A DNA stretch of 63,783 nt, counting the filler, from Octopus bimaculoides (taxonomy: Eukaryota), in the NCBI RefSeq assembly GCF_001194135.2. It is 11 parts of 9 records of this genome, joined end to end, with 100 filler letters (N's around TTAATTAATTAA, not from the genome) between each part and the next. Parts side by side here need not be neighbours in the genome. Positions count along the whole stretch, not along the records: positions 1 to 9,737 come from NC_068990.1; positions 9,838 to 14,261 come from NW_026411678.1; 9 more parts are not named here. One strand, 5' to 3'. Positions 1 through 12,482 of the stretch are shown piece by piece. The notes under the pieces were generated by a model that worked only from the letters and a program-made list of their open reading frames with translations, searched no databases and was not told the origin of the DNA. The position numbers were made by a program, and so were the translations under genes. The first letter of the stretch is position 1. Every line of letters starts with the position of its first letter.

Positions 1-537
1 AAAAAAAAGGGCGATCAATAGGGATCGTGTATCACACAGTATTGTTCTCGTGTAAAAGGAGGGGAGGACAGTTTAGGTTTGGCCGTGGAAAGAAAAGCCT
101 ACGGAAAAGACCACGGTAACCTTGGTCAATATTCTCATTGAAGAAACTATAACAGTAAGTGACTCTCTTTTGCCTTTTTGTTTTCTTTTTTTTTTCTTGG
201 GATTTTTTTTTTAAAGAAAGAAAGGAAGAAAGAAAGAAGGAAACAAAGGAACAGGAAAGAAAGAAGGAAAGAATGAAACAAGGAAGGAAGAAAAGAAAGG
301 GCAACAGGTGATTGGAAGTGTGTTTGTACGTTTCATGAGTTTTTGTGTAAGCCGATGTATGCGCGTGTATGTAATTGTAAGCATGCGACTTTAAGCGTGT
401 ATGTGTATATGGCTAATTTCGTATATGTGCGTGTTTGTGTGTTTCTGCGTGTATGAGTGTGTAGCTGTAGTGTGTACTTGTATGTATGTGTATCAACCCA
501 TAAGGCTGCATATGTGTATGGCAGTAAATCTGTATGC

Positions 538-592
<55 letters not shown>

Positions 593-1184
593 TGTGTGTG
601 GGTGCGTGTGAGCGTGCGTGTGTATGTAGCAAAATTTTATATGTGTATGTCTCTGCAACTCTATGTATGTCAGTGTGTCAGTTTGTGTCTATATCAGTGT
701 AACTAATCTTGTGCTCTACATTTAACGATAAATCATTTAATTATCAATTATTTATATTTGTACTGTAACAACTATATCTAGCCTCGAGTGTTGGTAATAT
801 TTCCGATGGTTTGTTGGTGATAGGGTTTCGATTTCTAGTTGACTTAAATCACTTGACATGTACCATTGGTTAGCTGAATTTTTTCACACCTCCCATTTAT
901 ACAATTCTTAATAGTATGATGAAAAAACGTGACATTGTTTATTTATTCATTTTATTTATTGATTATTTGGAATACGAAACTATCAATATATATTTATATC
1001 ATACACTTGTATGTGCATACATGAGATATCCTTTCATATATTTATAGAGCAAGCTAGCTAGATGGATAGATAACTAGATAGGGATATGTGTGTATTTATT
1101 TGTGTATCTGTTTGTCTATATATTTAAATATATAGTATTTATTTATATATGCTTGCTTGTACGTGACTGTGTGGCAAGAAGCTA

Positions 1185-1328
1185 TAGGTGGACAGTGGCT
1201 GTATCGTAAGAAGCTTGCTTCCCAACAATATGGTTGCGTGTTCAGTTCCACTGCGTGGCACCTTGCTCAAGTGTCTTCTATAGCCCTGTGAGTAGATTTG
1301 GTAGACTGTAACTGAAAGAAGCCCGTCG

Positions 1329-1421
<93 letters not shown>

Positions 1422-1665
1422 GCGTGTGTGTGTTTGTGTATGTATGTATATTTGTGTGTGCATCTGTGCTTGTCCCCCAACCGCCGCTTTATAACCGATG
1501 TTGGTGTGTTTACGTCCACGTAAACTAGCGGTTCAGCAAATGCGACCGATAGAATAAATACTAGGCTTAAAAAGAATAAGTCATGGGGTTGATTTGTTCG
1601 CCTAAAGGCGATGCTCCAGCATGGCCGCCGTCAAATGACTGAAACAAGTAAATGAATAAATGAAT
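1185..1665 (+). mobile_element. tRNA-derived SINE, family 1 (full copy with internal (AT)n)
   Basis: Head with A-box-like GTGGCTGTATCG and B-box-like GTTCAGTTCC. Body CACCTTG..CAAGTGTCTTCTA, tail GCTCCAGCATGGCCG..CAAATGACTGAAACAAGTAAA. The same blocks recur many times in the window. Confidence 0.85.
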
Positions 1666-1744
1666 ACATGTATGCATATGTACCGCAGAATCCTTTGTAT
1701 TTTTGTTGTTATTTTTTGGATTTACAATTTATATACATACTTAC

Positions 1745-1808
1745 ATAGTTGCCAATTGTATTTCCCGTTGAGTAAGACTTGAGCCAGAAACGCGCATCCG
1801 GGAATCCG
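1745..1808 (-). CDS. candidate internal exon (64 nt)
   Basis: Acceptor TGCTTTCCTCTAG|, donor CTAT|GTAAGT. All three frames are open (for example GFPDARFWLKSYSTGNTIGNY). The sequence is unique and CpG-containing. Confidence 0.3.
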
Positions 1809-2384
1809 CTAGAGGAAAGCACTGAGCTGATGTGATGTTTATACAACTTTTACAATAAGAGATATCTTTTCTCCGCGGTAACTGCAATGAATTCGCCTTT
1901 AGATGTTAAAATATGTCACAAACATATTTTTGACTAACCTAAGGTTCATACACAAATATATACATACATTCATACATACATACATACATACATACTTACA
2001 TACATACATACATACATACATGCATGCAAGCATACATACACACATACATACATACATACATACATACATACGCTCACACATGTGTTTGTAGCTTATGATT
2101 CAATCATTGATCGGTTTATTGATTTATTTGGTAGATCGATTATTCCATAAGATAATGGAAATTGATTACAATCACAACGATCATCAAAAGCGAACCAACT
2201 TGAGCAAACACGTCTTCTTTCTACATAGCGTATCAACGTCCTAGATTTTTGAACTACATACGCCTATATCTTTCTTAGGTTTGGGATAAGGGGGTTAAGG
2301 GGGATTAGGCTTCTATTTCTAGCTTGGCCGGCGATCGCATAAATGATGTGCCGTTGATTCATACGAGTAAGTGTATAGAGCTCA

Positions 2385-3150
2385 GAAACATTATTATTTC
2401 GAAATCTCTCGAAAAGAGATATTCAGTAACAGTTCTTGAAAGTAAAGACTATTTGCAAACATAATGTGGCTGTCCTGGATGGGATGATTGTTACTGTCGT
2501 TTGGCCCCAGTAAACATCGTTTCCAGCTGGCTATACAATATCTGTGTCCTTATATTTTCGAACAGGGAGCCTAGCGCCCCCATCCAGCACAAAGCAACAT
2601 CTGTAGACCGGTTTCTGGCTTATTTTACTGCATCAGCACAGAGTGGCTGCGTGGCTAGTTGGCGTTGCTTAATTCCTGTTCAAAAATATATAATTTTTAA
2701 AGTGACACAAGTCACTGATCTAATGAATAGAAACATTATTTTTTCTAAATCTTTCGAAGAGAAATATTCAGTAACAGTTCTTTAAAGTAAAGACTATTTG
2801 CCAGCATAATGTGGCTGTCCTGGATGGGACGATTGTTACTGTTGTTTAGCCCCAGGAAACATCGTTTCCAGCTGGCTATAAAATATCTGTGTCCTTATAT
2901 TTTCGAACAGGGAGCCCAGCGCCCCCATCCAGCACAAAGCAACATATGTAGATCGGTTTCTGGGTTATTGTACTGTATCAGCACAGAGTAGATGCGTGGC
3001 TAGTTGGCGTTGCTGAATTCCTGTTTAAAAATATATAATTTTTAAAGTGACACAGAGTCATTAATCTAATAAATAGAACAGCCACATTATGTTAGCAAAT
3101 AGTCATTACTTTAAACAACTGTTACTGAAATAATAGTGTTTCGAACCCTG
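2385..3150. mobile_element. MITE-like foldback element with internal 345-bp tandem duplication
   Basis: 2385-2729 and 2730-3076 are near-identical direct copies. 3077-3150 is an inverted copy of the start of the unit (TTCAGTAACAGTT..AAAGT..GACTATTTGC..CATAATGTGGCTGT). The right end reads CAGGGTTCGAAAC on the minus strand (hAT-like). Confidence 0.6.
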
Positions 3151-3159
3151 CATGCCCCA

Positions 3160-3625
3160 TATGTTTTAAAGTTCTAGCTCACTTCCGCTGTTTACAGCAG
3201 TGCTTTGAATGAAGATGGGTAGAGTGTGATCGTCGCATTGATCATGACAAAGAAATTTGTCATGGTGATATCTGCTCAGAGGCCGCAGGTGAGTTTAAGA
3301 GTGGTTCAGACGTTTCTAAGATGGTTGAAAAATGTCAATATTGACGAATTCTCGGAAACGCGAAACCAACAGAACTGAGAAAAACATCGCAGATGTGCGT
3401 ACAAAAGTGAGAGGAAATCGTCGAATCACCATCCGTGAGGTGTCAGAGGATGTACAGATTAGTTACGGCTCAGTTCAGTCCATTATCACTGAAGATTTGG
3501 GTATGAGACGCGTGTCTGCCAAGTTTGTACCAAATCTGCTTTCAGCTGATCAAAAAGGCACTCTGGTTTCAGTTGAACAAGATCTCCTTGATTGTGTCGA
3601 GAACGATGAAAACCTCTTGAAAACT
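3160..3625 (+). mobile_element. mariner transposase relic (HTH region)
   Basis: Translates to TEKNIADVRTKVRGNRRITIREVSEDVQISYGSVQSIITEDLGMRRVSAKFVPNLLSADQK, typical of mariner HTH and linker. EWFRRF.DG lies upstream, with stops. Confidence 0.85.
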
Positions 3626-3962
3626 TTGCGTAGGCCTCTCAGTTGGTATCACCAAGTTTTGGAGAAAATTTGATGCAGATTCTCTACANNNNNNNNNNTC
3701 TCAGTTGGTATCACCAAGTTTTGGAGAAAATTTGATGCAGATTCTCTACACAGCTTACTCTCTCAATGTCAATGCGACGATCATACGCTACACACATTCC
3801 TTCGAAGCACTGCTGGAAACCGTGAATTTGAGCTAGAACATTAAAACTTAGTGCGCATGCACAACAGAGTTCAAGGTCAATCTTTGCCAAGCAGCTACAT
3901 TCTTCGTGCTTTAGTTTCGTTACTAATGCAACAGTCCGGATACGTATTGATGAGACCACGTA
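3626..3962 (-). mobile_element. mariner 5' end (TIR + N-terminal relic)
   Basis: Minus strand begins TACGTGGTCTCATCAATACGTATCCGGACTG (mariner-like TIR) and encodes KLGDT..EAYAK. The leader is homologous to 3160-3245. Confidence 0.7.
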
Positions 3963-3965
3963 TCT

Positions 3966-4000
<35 letters not shown>

Positions 4001-4165
4001 AATTGTTGCATAGATAGATAGATAGATAAAAAACGTACCAATGAAATGAAAGGCTGCATCTTTCATTACAATCATCAACAACAGCAACACCCGCAGCAGC
4101 AGTAGCACAACCAAACTAGTGGGATACTATGCCACAAGAACTACGAAAACAAAAGAGCTGCTGCA

Positions 4166-4172
4166 GCTATTC

Positions 4173-4228
<56 letters not shown>

Positions 4229-4382
4229 GCTACTGCTGCTGCTGCTGCTACTACTACTACCACCACCACCACCACTACTACTACTACTACAACTACTACC
4301 ACCACCACCATCACTACTACTACTACTACTACTACTACTACCACTACTACTACTACTGCTGCTGATGCTGCTGCTGCTACTA
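4166..4382. repeat. compound (TAC)n/(TGC)n/(CAC)n trinucleotide microsatellite
   Basis: Visible directly; explains the poly-Y/L/S/V ORFs. Confidence 0.95.
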
Positions 4383-4882
4383 TGTCGGCAATGAATAGAG
4401 AGAAAGAAAATAGGGAAGCGAATAGTATACATGAAAGAAAGAAAAAGAAAGAAAACTGTTAAGAGAATAGAAAGGAAGAAAGAAAGAAAGAAAGAAAGAT
4501 AGAAAGAAAGAAAGTACTAATATATCATGAAGAACAAGAGAAAGTAAAAAGGGAGAAAAACGGAAAAGAAGTAAAACAAGCAATGAAGCAACAAATTAAG
4601 ATGAAGTTAATTACGGTGCCAAAGGTGACAAATGAATAAAATAATAAGGAAAATAAAGGCGAGAGTGAGAGAAAGAGAAAAAGAGAGAAGGAAAGAAAGA
4701 GGGCGAGAAAGGGAGAGAGAATGTGATATATCTATTGCATTCTCTCTCTCTCCCTCTCCTTCTCCCTGTCTCTCTTTTTCACTCTTTCTTTATACATATA
4801 TATACATATATATATATGTATATATATATATATGTATTTATATATGTATATATACATACATACATANNNNNNNNNNTGTATG

Positions 4883-4913
<31 letters not shown>

Positions 4914-5487
4914 ATGTATATATATGCGTATGTATATATGTATGTGTGTATGCATATGCCAAGATGGACATTGCCAAACCCCGCTTCTTCACCACCACCA
5001 CCACCAACAAAATTCTTAACAAGCGTAGAGGTGTGTATAATCTCAGTGGCAAATTATTAATAACACTTCAACATGTGACTTGGTTACAGACATACTGTCA
5101 CTACTACCAGCATCACCATCACCATCATCACCACAACCAACACAAATCACCACCTTAACCACAGCCAAAACCTACACTATCGCCACCAACACACCACGTT
5201 ACTAACTTTGTAATGACGCATTGTCACTACCAACACCTCCACTACTATAGCCTTCACAATCATTACACTAGTGACTTCTGAAACACGATGTCACAACCAA
5301 CACCATCGCCAGCTCTGCCATCACCATCAACAACACAATAATATCCACCTCCACCATACAACCAATTTTGTAAAGACATTTGTATATTGCGCGCACCACA
5401 CCAAACTGTGTCATACATACGCATTGACAATATTTCCGCCATTTTACTGACATAAGTTGTTTTTTTTCCACTAGCCATACACATATA

Positions 5488-6325
5488 CGGGATGCGTTCA
5501 AAAAGTATCCGACTAAAGCGGCGTGGGAAAAATTCTTTGAGTGGGAGATGACGCCACCTTTCCTGTGCACGCAGGAGAACCTTCGTGCCGGTAAGCCGTA
5601 TCAGTTACCGGCTGTTACGCCTAGAGTACAGACGTGTTGGGCGCGCTCGTCAGATTTTCTTTTTCGCGGAACACATTGAGTAAAGATATTGCATAGCGTT
5701 TTGCCAAAAGCTTGGTGATACTCAAGCTCAAATCATCTTGAAGCTTCAGCAGCCTTTTTGCGATGATGCCATGGGCAAAACTCAGATCTAGGAGCATTAC
5801 AACTGCTTCGAACATGGCAAAATCTCAGTGGAGAGTAAGGTACGCTCTCGTAGGTCATCCAAAAGCTTAAACGAGCTGATTGAGACGGTTCGGTTAACAG
5901 TCATGATAGACCGCCGTGTATCAATCCAGGAAATTGCTTACGAAGTGAGAATAAGGTGAGTGTCGGCGAAATTCTGCTAGTGGGACAGCAGAAGCAACTG
6001 AGAAGAGATATAGCTCAGTATATGCTAGACTGTACTAACCGCAATCCGGAATTCATGGAGACAATCATCACTGATGATGAGTCATGAGTTTATGCTTTTT
6101 GTTCCACGCGTTTGGTCATCTTATGCGGAAACGAAGATGCAACGAGTGCGCACTACATGTCTGTACTCTAGGCATAAGAGATGGAAGCTGACCCTGACTC
6201 CTGGCAGGAAAATTTTCATGCATGCGCTGGAAGATTGACGTCATTTTTCAACCAAAGGATTTTACCCACGCTGCATTTGTTTCGGCGGTAAAAGATTAAG
6301 TCGGATACTTTTTGAACGTACTTCG
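5488..6325 (+). mobile_element. internally deleted mariner with both TIRs and TA target duplication
   Basis: TA|CGGGATGCGTTCAAAAAGTATCCGACT at the left and AGTCGGATACTTTTTGAACGTACTTCG|TA at the right. Relic peptides FCQKLGDTQ, DRRVSIQEIA and TIITDDES*VY (GDETW-like motif). Confidence 0.9.
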
Positions 6326-6571
6326 TACTTACCAATCTATAACTACTTTCAGTTACCATAGTACCAACGTTACCACTACAGCACTACTGGCAATAACACA
6401 ATACAATCACTGTACGTAACACATTACCGCAACCTCGGGTATACTACTAGCATTAAAATGCAGCAACTGCACAACCTCCTTACAGCTGGCATTACACCAT
6501 TACCACTACGCCACTAACGTTACATCACAATTTCACATTCGACATTACTACAAGCCCTACTACATAATATG

Positions 6572-6674
<103 letters not shown>

Positions 6675-6961
6675 ATGTATGTATGTATATTATGTGGTAA
6701 GGTTTCAACATGTACAATAGTACTCGATCAGCTGATCGAGTATTATTGTAAAGATAATATTATAATAGAGAGTAAAGTGAGTAAAGATAATATTATAATA
6801 AAAAAAACCCACAGGTCTTGTTAATTACAGCTACCCAAGTTTTCCTGGTCGAAACATTAATTTATTTCACCATTTTCACCCTAAAAATGACCGTTTTTCA
6901 GTTGATTTTATTAAAAGCGCGCTCGCGCATACACACACGCACACAAATATATATATATTCC

Positions 6962-7140
6962 TTTACTCTTTTATTCCTTTCAGTCCTTTGACTGTGGCCA
7001 TGCTGGAGCACCGGCTTCAGTAGAACAAATCGACCCCAGGACTTATTCTTTGTAAGCCTAGTAGTACTTATTCGATCGGGTCCTTTTTCTGAACCGCTAA
7101 ATTACGGATTGTCAACCGATGGTGGGGAACAATCACAAGT
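6962..7140 (-). mobile_element. SINE family 1, 3' half
   Basis: Reverse complement of the family 1 tail (TTTCAGTC..TTGACTGTGGCCATGCTGGAGCACC). Confidence 0.8.
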
Positions 7141-7559
7141 ACACGCACACACACACACACACATACATACACACACATACATACACACACATATATATAC
7201 ATATCAAAACATCTACCAAGTACAACCATGTCAGGGCGGATATCGTTATTTGGGATAGCTGCCCTGCTGACATGAATATCTCCTCGAAAATTAAAGAGAA
7301 AGAAGTTAACTGCAGAAAACTGCTTTGAAACCTTCAGCTTCTATAACCAGATTATATATTCACATTTATTCAAATAATAATTGGCGCACGTGGTTTTATT
7401 AAGAAATCAGTAATATATAAATGTTTCTATAAACACAAAACAGCCGGAGCCAGTAAGTTAGGCAGACGCGGAAGGAATGCTTAAAGAAAAAAATATTCCA
7501 TATACAGCATATACCGAGAGTCAAGCAATTTGAGAGCATTTCAGTACCCTTCAAGAGTG

Positions 7560-8100
7560 AAACACAAGTCGTTAAATAGTTCGTGGTCCCCCGAGGAAGC
7601 GAAAAATATATTCCTCATCCATCATATTTAGGAAGGAGGTCGTTGAGCGTGAAGATCTTAGGAACTCCACCTGAGGTGAATATATGGTGGAATTTAGCTT
7701 GCTTCGTCTTGGAAGGAAGTAACAGCTTCCTGGAAATGAAATGAGCACGTCGTGAAAACTTGCTTGGGACAAGTGTGGAGGTACTATTCTACAACAAAGC
7801 AGACAGTGAACAAGAACCCAAATCTTATTCGCCTTCCGGAAGGAGACGAGCTGCATGATACGGTTGAGGATAGAAGACTTCGTAGTCACTTCTGTGGGGA
7901 GATTGGCCATTTGAGAACTTTCAACCCTCAACAGAAGACAGGGAAACAGAAAACTCTCTTACTGCCAACTCCCGGCCTCCGAAAGCCTTAAGAAGAAAAA
8001 CCCCAGCGAAAAGCAACAAAAGCGGCACTAACACCATTCAAATGTCAGAAACACTGATAATGAGGGATATACAGCTGGAAACCTATAAAACATTAGGGAG
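7560..8100 (+). mobile_element. non-LTR retrotransposon ORF1 relic with degenerate CCHC zinc knuckle (L1/Tx1-like)
   Basis: ORF 7752-7991 contains RLPEGDELHDTVEDRRLRSHFCGEIGHLRTFNP, a decayed CX2CX4HX4C knuckle followed by a basic tail. Confidence 0.5.
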
Positions 8101-8154
8101 AGCTTCCCTCATGATGTGGGAACCACTAATACAGAATCCACGAGTAGGCTTTTA

Positions 8155-8231
8155 AAAGGATTCACAAAGGATTCACAAAGGATTCACAAAGGATTCACAA
8201 AGGATTCACAAAGGATTCACAAAGGATTCAC
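8155..8231. repeat. 11-bp minisatellite (AAAGGATTCAC)x7
   Basis: Seven perfect copies counted directly. Confidence 0.95.
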
Positions 8232-8469
8232 AGGGGATTCCAACTAGACATGGAGGTCGAACCTTCTAGCCTTCAGCAGTAATCGGTTCGTGAATTGGCC
8301 CCTAATTACTTAGTGCACAGCAATAACAATAGGATGTTTGTTACATCAACAGCTATATAAGTGGTGACATATAGTCCTGCCTCGGAGTATAAGATTCGAG
8401 AGTAAACATACACGTAAAAGTATGTATATGTATGTGTATATGTATATGTGTATGTAGAAGTATATGTTT

Positions 8470-8517
<48 letters not shown>

Positions 8518-8527
8518 NNNNNNNNNN

Positions 8528-8720
8528 AGATATTTAAATTCAATAATAGGACGAATTCTTTTACAAGAATTTATCAAGTATCTACCGTGAAAAAAACCTC
8601 ATAAGGGAGAAAATCCATCATTTATTCCCGAAATATATATTTATATTTATATAAGGGCATTACTATATAATAACGCCTCACGCCATGAGGGACTCTAAGG
8701 TCAGACTACTATAAAAAGCA
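8528..8720. repeat. dispersed AT-rich repeat (second copy at 44698-44863)
   Basis: Shares TTCAATAATAGGA.GAATTCTTTTACAAGAATTTATCAAGTA...CCTCATAAGGGA...GAGGGACTCTAAGGTCA with 44698-44863. Confidence 0.8.
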
Positions 8721-8817
8721 CATTAGACAGATAGATAGATAGATACTTACATGCATACAATTTCATTTACATAAATATATATTCATGCAAGTATGAGCGA
8801 TGTGTGTGTGTGTGTGT

Positions 8818-8856
<39 letters not shown>

Positions 8857-9184
8857 GTGTGTGTGTGGGTAATGAATGAATGAAATCCAGAAAAATACAG
8901 CAAAAAAACCTGTTTTCATGAAGTTGCTATTAGTTTCCCGCTTGAAACGAAAGAGGAAAAAGAAAAAGGGCTCTGACGTTTCAGACATATAATCATAAAT
9001 CAGAGAAAAAGAGGAAAGAGGGAAGGGGAGAATGCATGACAACAGGGTACAGAGAAAGGTATATAACGCAGATGAGAAAACAGTTAAATATGTGTGTGTG
9101 TGAGTATGTGTGTGTGCGTGTATGTATGTGTGTATATGTGCGTGTACGTGTATATGCATGTATATTTATACGTACGCTCACGCA

Positions 9185-9229
<45 letters not shown>

Positions 9230-9433
9230 GTGTGTGTGCGTGTGTGTGTGCATGTGTATAGGAATTTGTGTTTGAGTAGGTTTGTATGTGTATAAGCGTA
9301 CTTTAACACCGTACTTCTCCGGATGCATGAATGTAATATGCATAAATTTAAAACAAATTAATACATACATACAAACATGCACACACATACAAATGCAACA
9401 ATCATGCACAAACACACTCACGCACGCACACTA

Positions 9434-9471
<38 letters not shown>

Positions 9472-9504
9472 TGCTTTTATTAAAGCTGCAAAAACATAAC
9501 GTAG

Positions 9505-9599
9505 CTGTTACTCAGAGTTTCATGTTTCTGTTCGTTGGACAGTTGTTATCAAGACTCACAAGCGTCCGACGACGGGAAACGTGAAACTCTGAGTAACAG
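9505..9599 (+). other. 95-nt long hairpin (pre-miRNA-like or tiny foldback element)
   Basis: CTGTTACTCAGAGTTTCA (18 bp perfect) pairs with TGAAACTCTGAGTAACAG. The stem extends to about 36 bp with three U.G pairs and two mismatches. Confidence 0.6.
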
Positions 9600-9701
9600 T
9601 ATTTTGATGGTTTTGCAGCCTCAAAAAAACAAGTACATTGCTTTACCTTCGGTATTCGAGTACTATTTATTGAACCTTGTTTTGCATTCATGTGATTACA
9701 C

Positions 9702-9737
<36 letters not shown>

Positions 9738-9837
9738 NNNNNNNNNNNNNNNNNNNNNNNNNNNNNNNNNNNNNNNNNNNNTTAATTAATTAANNNNNNN
9801 NNNNNNNNNNNNNNNNNNNNNNNNNNNNNNNNNNNNN
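9738..9837. other. artificial assembly spacer 44N-TTAATTAATTAA-44N (ten copies in window)
   Basis: Identical 100-bp layout with the linker starting at 9782, 14306, 22189, 40308, 47091, 50098, 54430, 56626, 59488 and 62673. The linker is palindromic and has TAA stops in all six frames. Confidence 0.95.
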
Positions 9838-9896
<59 letters not shown>

Positions 9897-10875
9897 CACA
9901 CACACACAGACACCCTCCTGCGTCAGGCTGCAGAAAATAGCTACAACCAAAAAACAAAATCGACCCAGTTCACCCTTCAGAAAACGGTTTACTATCGTCG
10001 GAACCACACGGATAAGTTTACGTCAGCCTCCTCACCTGTAATTAACTTACCTTTTTCTACAGGTAAGTTTGTCTCTTACAAAACAACATCAAACATCAAG
10101 CAACAACAACGAAAATACACAACTAAAACAAAACCATGCCCTTAAATCCCCGCCAGAAGAAATCCCTCATCTACAAAAACATTTGACCTATCTAAAATTT
10201 ACTACAATAGATGCATCCCTGTTCAATAGCGTCGGAAATTATCTAGTGCGCCAAAACTCGTTATTTCTTTGGATCTGTAGCGTTTTAATGCATCATAGAT
10301 TACAAGTTCTCCCTCTTTCTCGCGCACATATACACACATATATTTGTTTATTTATACACAAGCACTACACATACATACACTCCGTATTCGTGTATAAGTG
10401 CCCCCCCCCCGCCACCAGTTTTTTTTCCAGTTAGAATCAAATATAAAATTGTGCGACAGATACAAAAGTAAATATGGTATATATAAATATATATACATTC
10501 ACCACCACCCACATACACACACATATATATATATGATTAATTATTTGTAGGATTCGTTAGAATCAAGGTATTTTAATATTAAGGACATCAAACGAGGGTC
10601 GAGATCTGCACATCCGTGTCTATACCTGCACGTGTCCGTACATATACAGACGTTCATACTCCTACACAAACATCTAACATGCACGCACACACGCAAATAT
10701 ACACATACATATAGATACACCTGTACATGAAATTATATACACATACACACTGGGATACGGTTTCACGATCCAATCTAAGTTCCAGATCTGACATAGGAAA
10801 ATTTCCAGGTATGGTGTTTTACATAAGACCACAAATGGATCAAGGGCTCACAACCCATTTGCGTCGCTATTATAT

Positions 10876-10947
<72 letters not shown>

Positions 10948-11984
10948 CAGACAGCTATAGGCATTCCTACACATGTGTGCCCCACTGACTTCGTTTCCTT
11001 GTAACTTCCAGAAAAATTGATATTTTTTAATGACATTTTCTACAAGTACGCTTCAGACGGTATTCATTCTGACTGCGTCGGAATTTGTTGTGAGAAAACA
11101 TTTTCCGGGGGTGGGGAAAAGGTGTTTCGGAAAATTCACACGAGTAGGATTTGTTTCCTCATAACTTTCAGAAAACAATAGGTTTTTCTTTAATGAAATT
11201 TTCTATAATACTTCTCAAACTGTGTAAATTGCGATTATATCGGAATTAGATGTGAAATGAGAAAAACAGTGAACACACACATACATAGTAATACACATCG
11301 CAAATTATTTTCCAAAGTTCAAGTTTTACTTTGTAGATATATGTGTACAACCCTACCAAATTGACATTTTGCATAATAAATTCCGATATAACATATATAT
11401 ATATATATATATATGACATATAATGTGTGTTTGTAGTGGATTCTAGCGAAGGTTAAGAATACGCACGTCCGGTGTTTAGGGCTAGGGTTTTAAGGTTGCG
11501 CAGAAAACGGATTGTGTGCATATTCTTTACCCCTGCCTTGGATTCTCTCGTGGACCTCAACGTATGAGGATCCAAAAGTTAATAATTATAATTATAATTA
11601 ACAATTATAACCGTTTGACTACCTACAGAGATAAGTTGTTTTCAGTGATGGAAATTTGTGTAGGACGAGCCTCACTTTTGGGGGAAATGCTGATAGCAGA
11701 AAGTTCTTGGTATAATTGTTTGCCGCAACATATCTCATGTTTTTCTGTTATTAGAGATCACCGTCTTCCTGGGTTGGTTAGATGCCTTCCCCACGGCTGA
11801 GAGTCCAACCCACTCTGCTAGGCTAAACGCGTACCCGTGTACCAAATTGGAATGTCCTTGCGCGCGCACACATACACAGATATCGTAATTTGATATACGT
11901 ACATTCCCACATACATGTGTGTGCGTGCGTGCGTGAATGAGTGAGTGCGTGCGTGCGTGAATGAGTGAGTGCGTGCGTGCGTGA

Positions 11985-12430
11985 AGCAGGCGAGCTGGCA
12001 GAATCGTTAGCACGCCGAGCGAATCTTCTGCCGCTACGTTCTGAGTTCAAATTCCGCCGAGGTCAACTTTGCCTTTCATCCTTTCGGGGTCGATAAATTA
12101 AGTANNNNNNNNNNNNNNNNNNNNNNNNNNNNNNNNNNNNNNNNNNNNNNNNNNNNNNNNNNNNNNNNNNNNNNNNNNNNNNNNNAAGTACCATCGACTT
12201 AATCCCTTTGTCTGTCCTTGTTTAGCCCCTTGTGGGCAATAAAAAAATAAGGATCGTTAGCACGCTGGGCAAAATGCTTAGCGGTATTTCGCTTGTCTTT
12301 ATGTTCTGAGTTCAAATTCCGGTGAGGTCTACTTTTTGCCTTTTATCCTTCGGAGGCGATAGAATGGGTACCAATTAAGTACTTGGGGACGATAAAGTCG
12401 ACTAGTCCCCCCCACTCCAACAAATTTCAG
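11985..12430 (+). mobile_element. SINE family 2 (tRNA-like head + conserved central domain), two tandem pieces
   Basis: GGCGAGCTGGCAGAATCGTTAGCACG...GAGTTCAAATTCCGCCGAGGTCAACTTTGCCTTTCATCCTTTCGGGGTCGATAAA. The central block resembles, from memory, the Meta-type SINE domain. Confidence 0.8.
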
Positions 12431-12482
12431 GCATTGTCCATGTCCATATAGTAGAAGGAATGTATGTATGTATGTATGTCAT

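Noticed and set aside
333-706. Long ORFs with THTH/VCVC/YIYI/poly-residue content here and throughout the ORF track
   Set aside because: They are translations of di-, tri- and tetranucleotide microsatellites or run through N gaps; there is no coding signal.
2283-2310. G-quadruplex-like GGG runs
   Set aside because: Only three full G-tracts plus GG, in isolation, with no supporting context.
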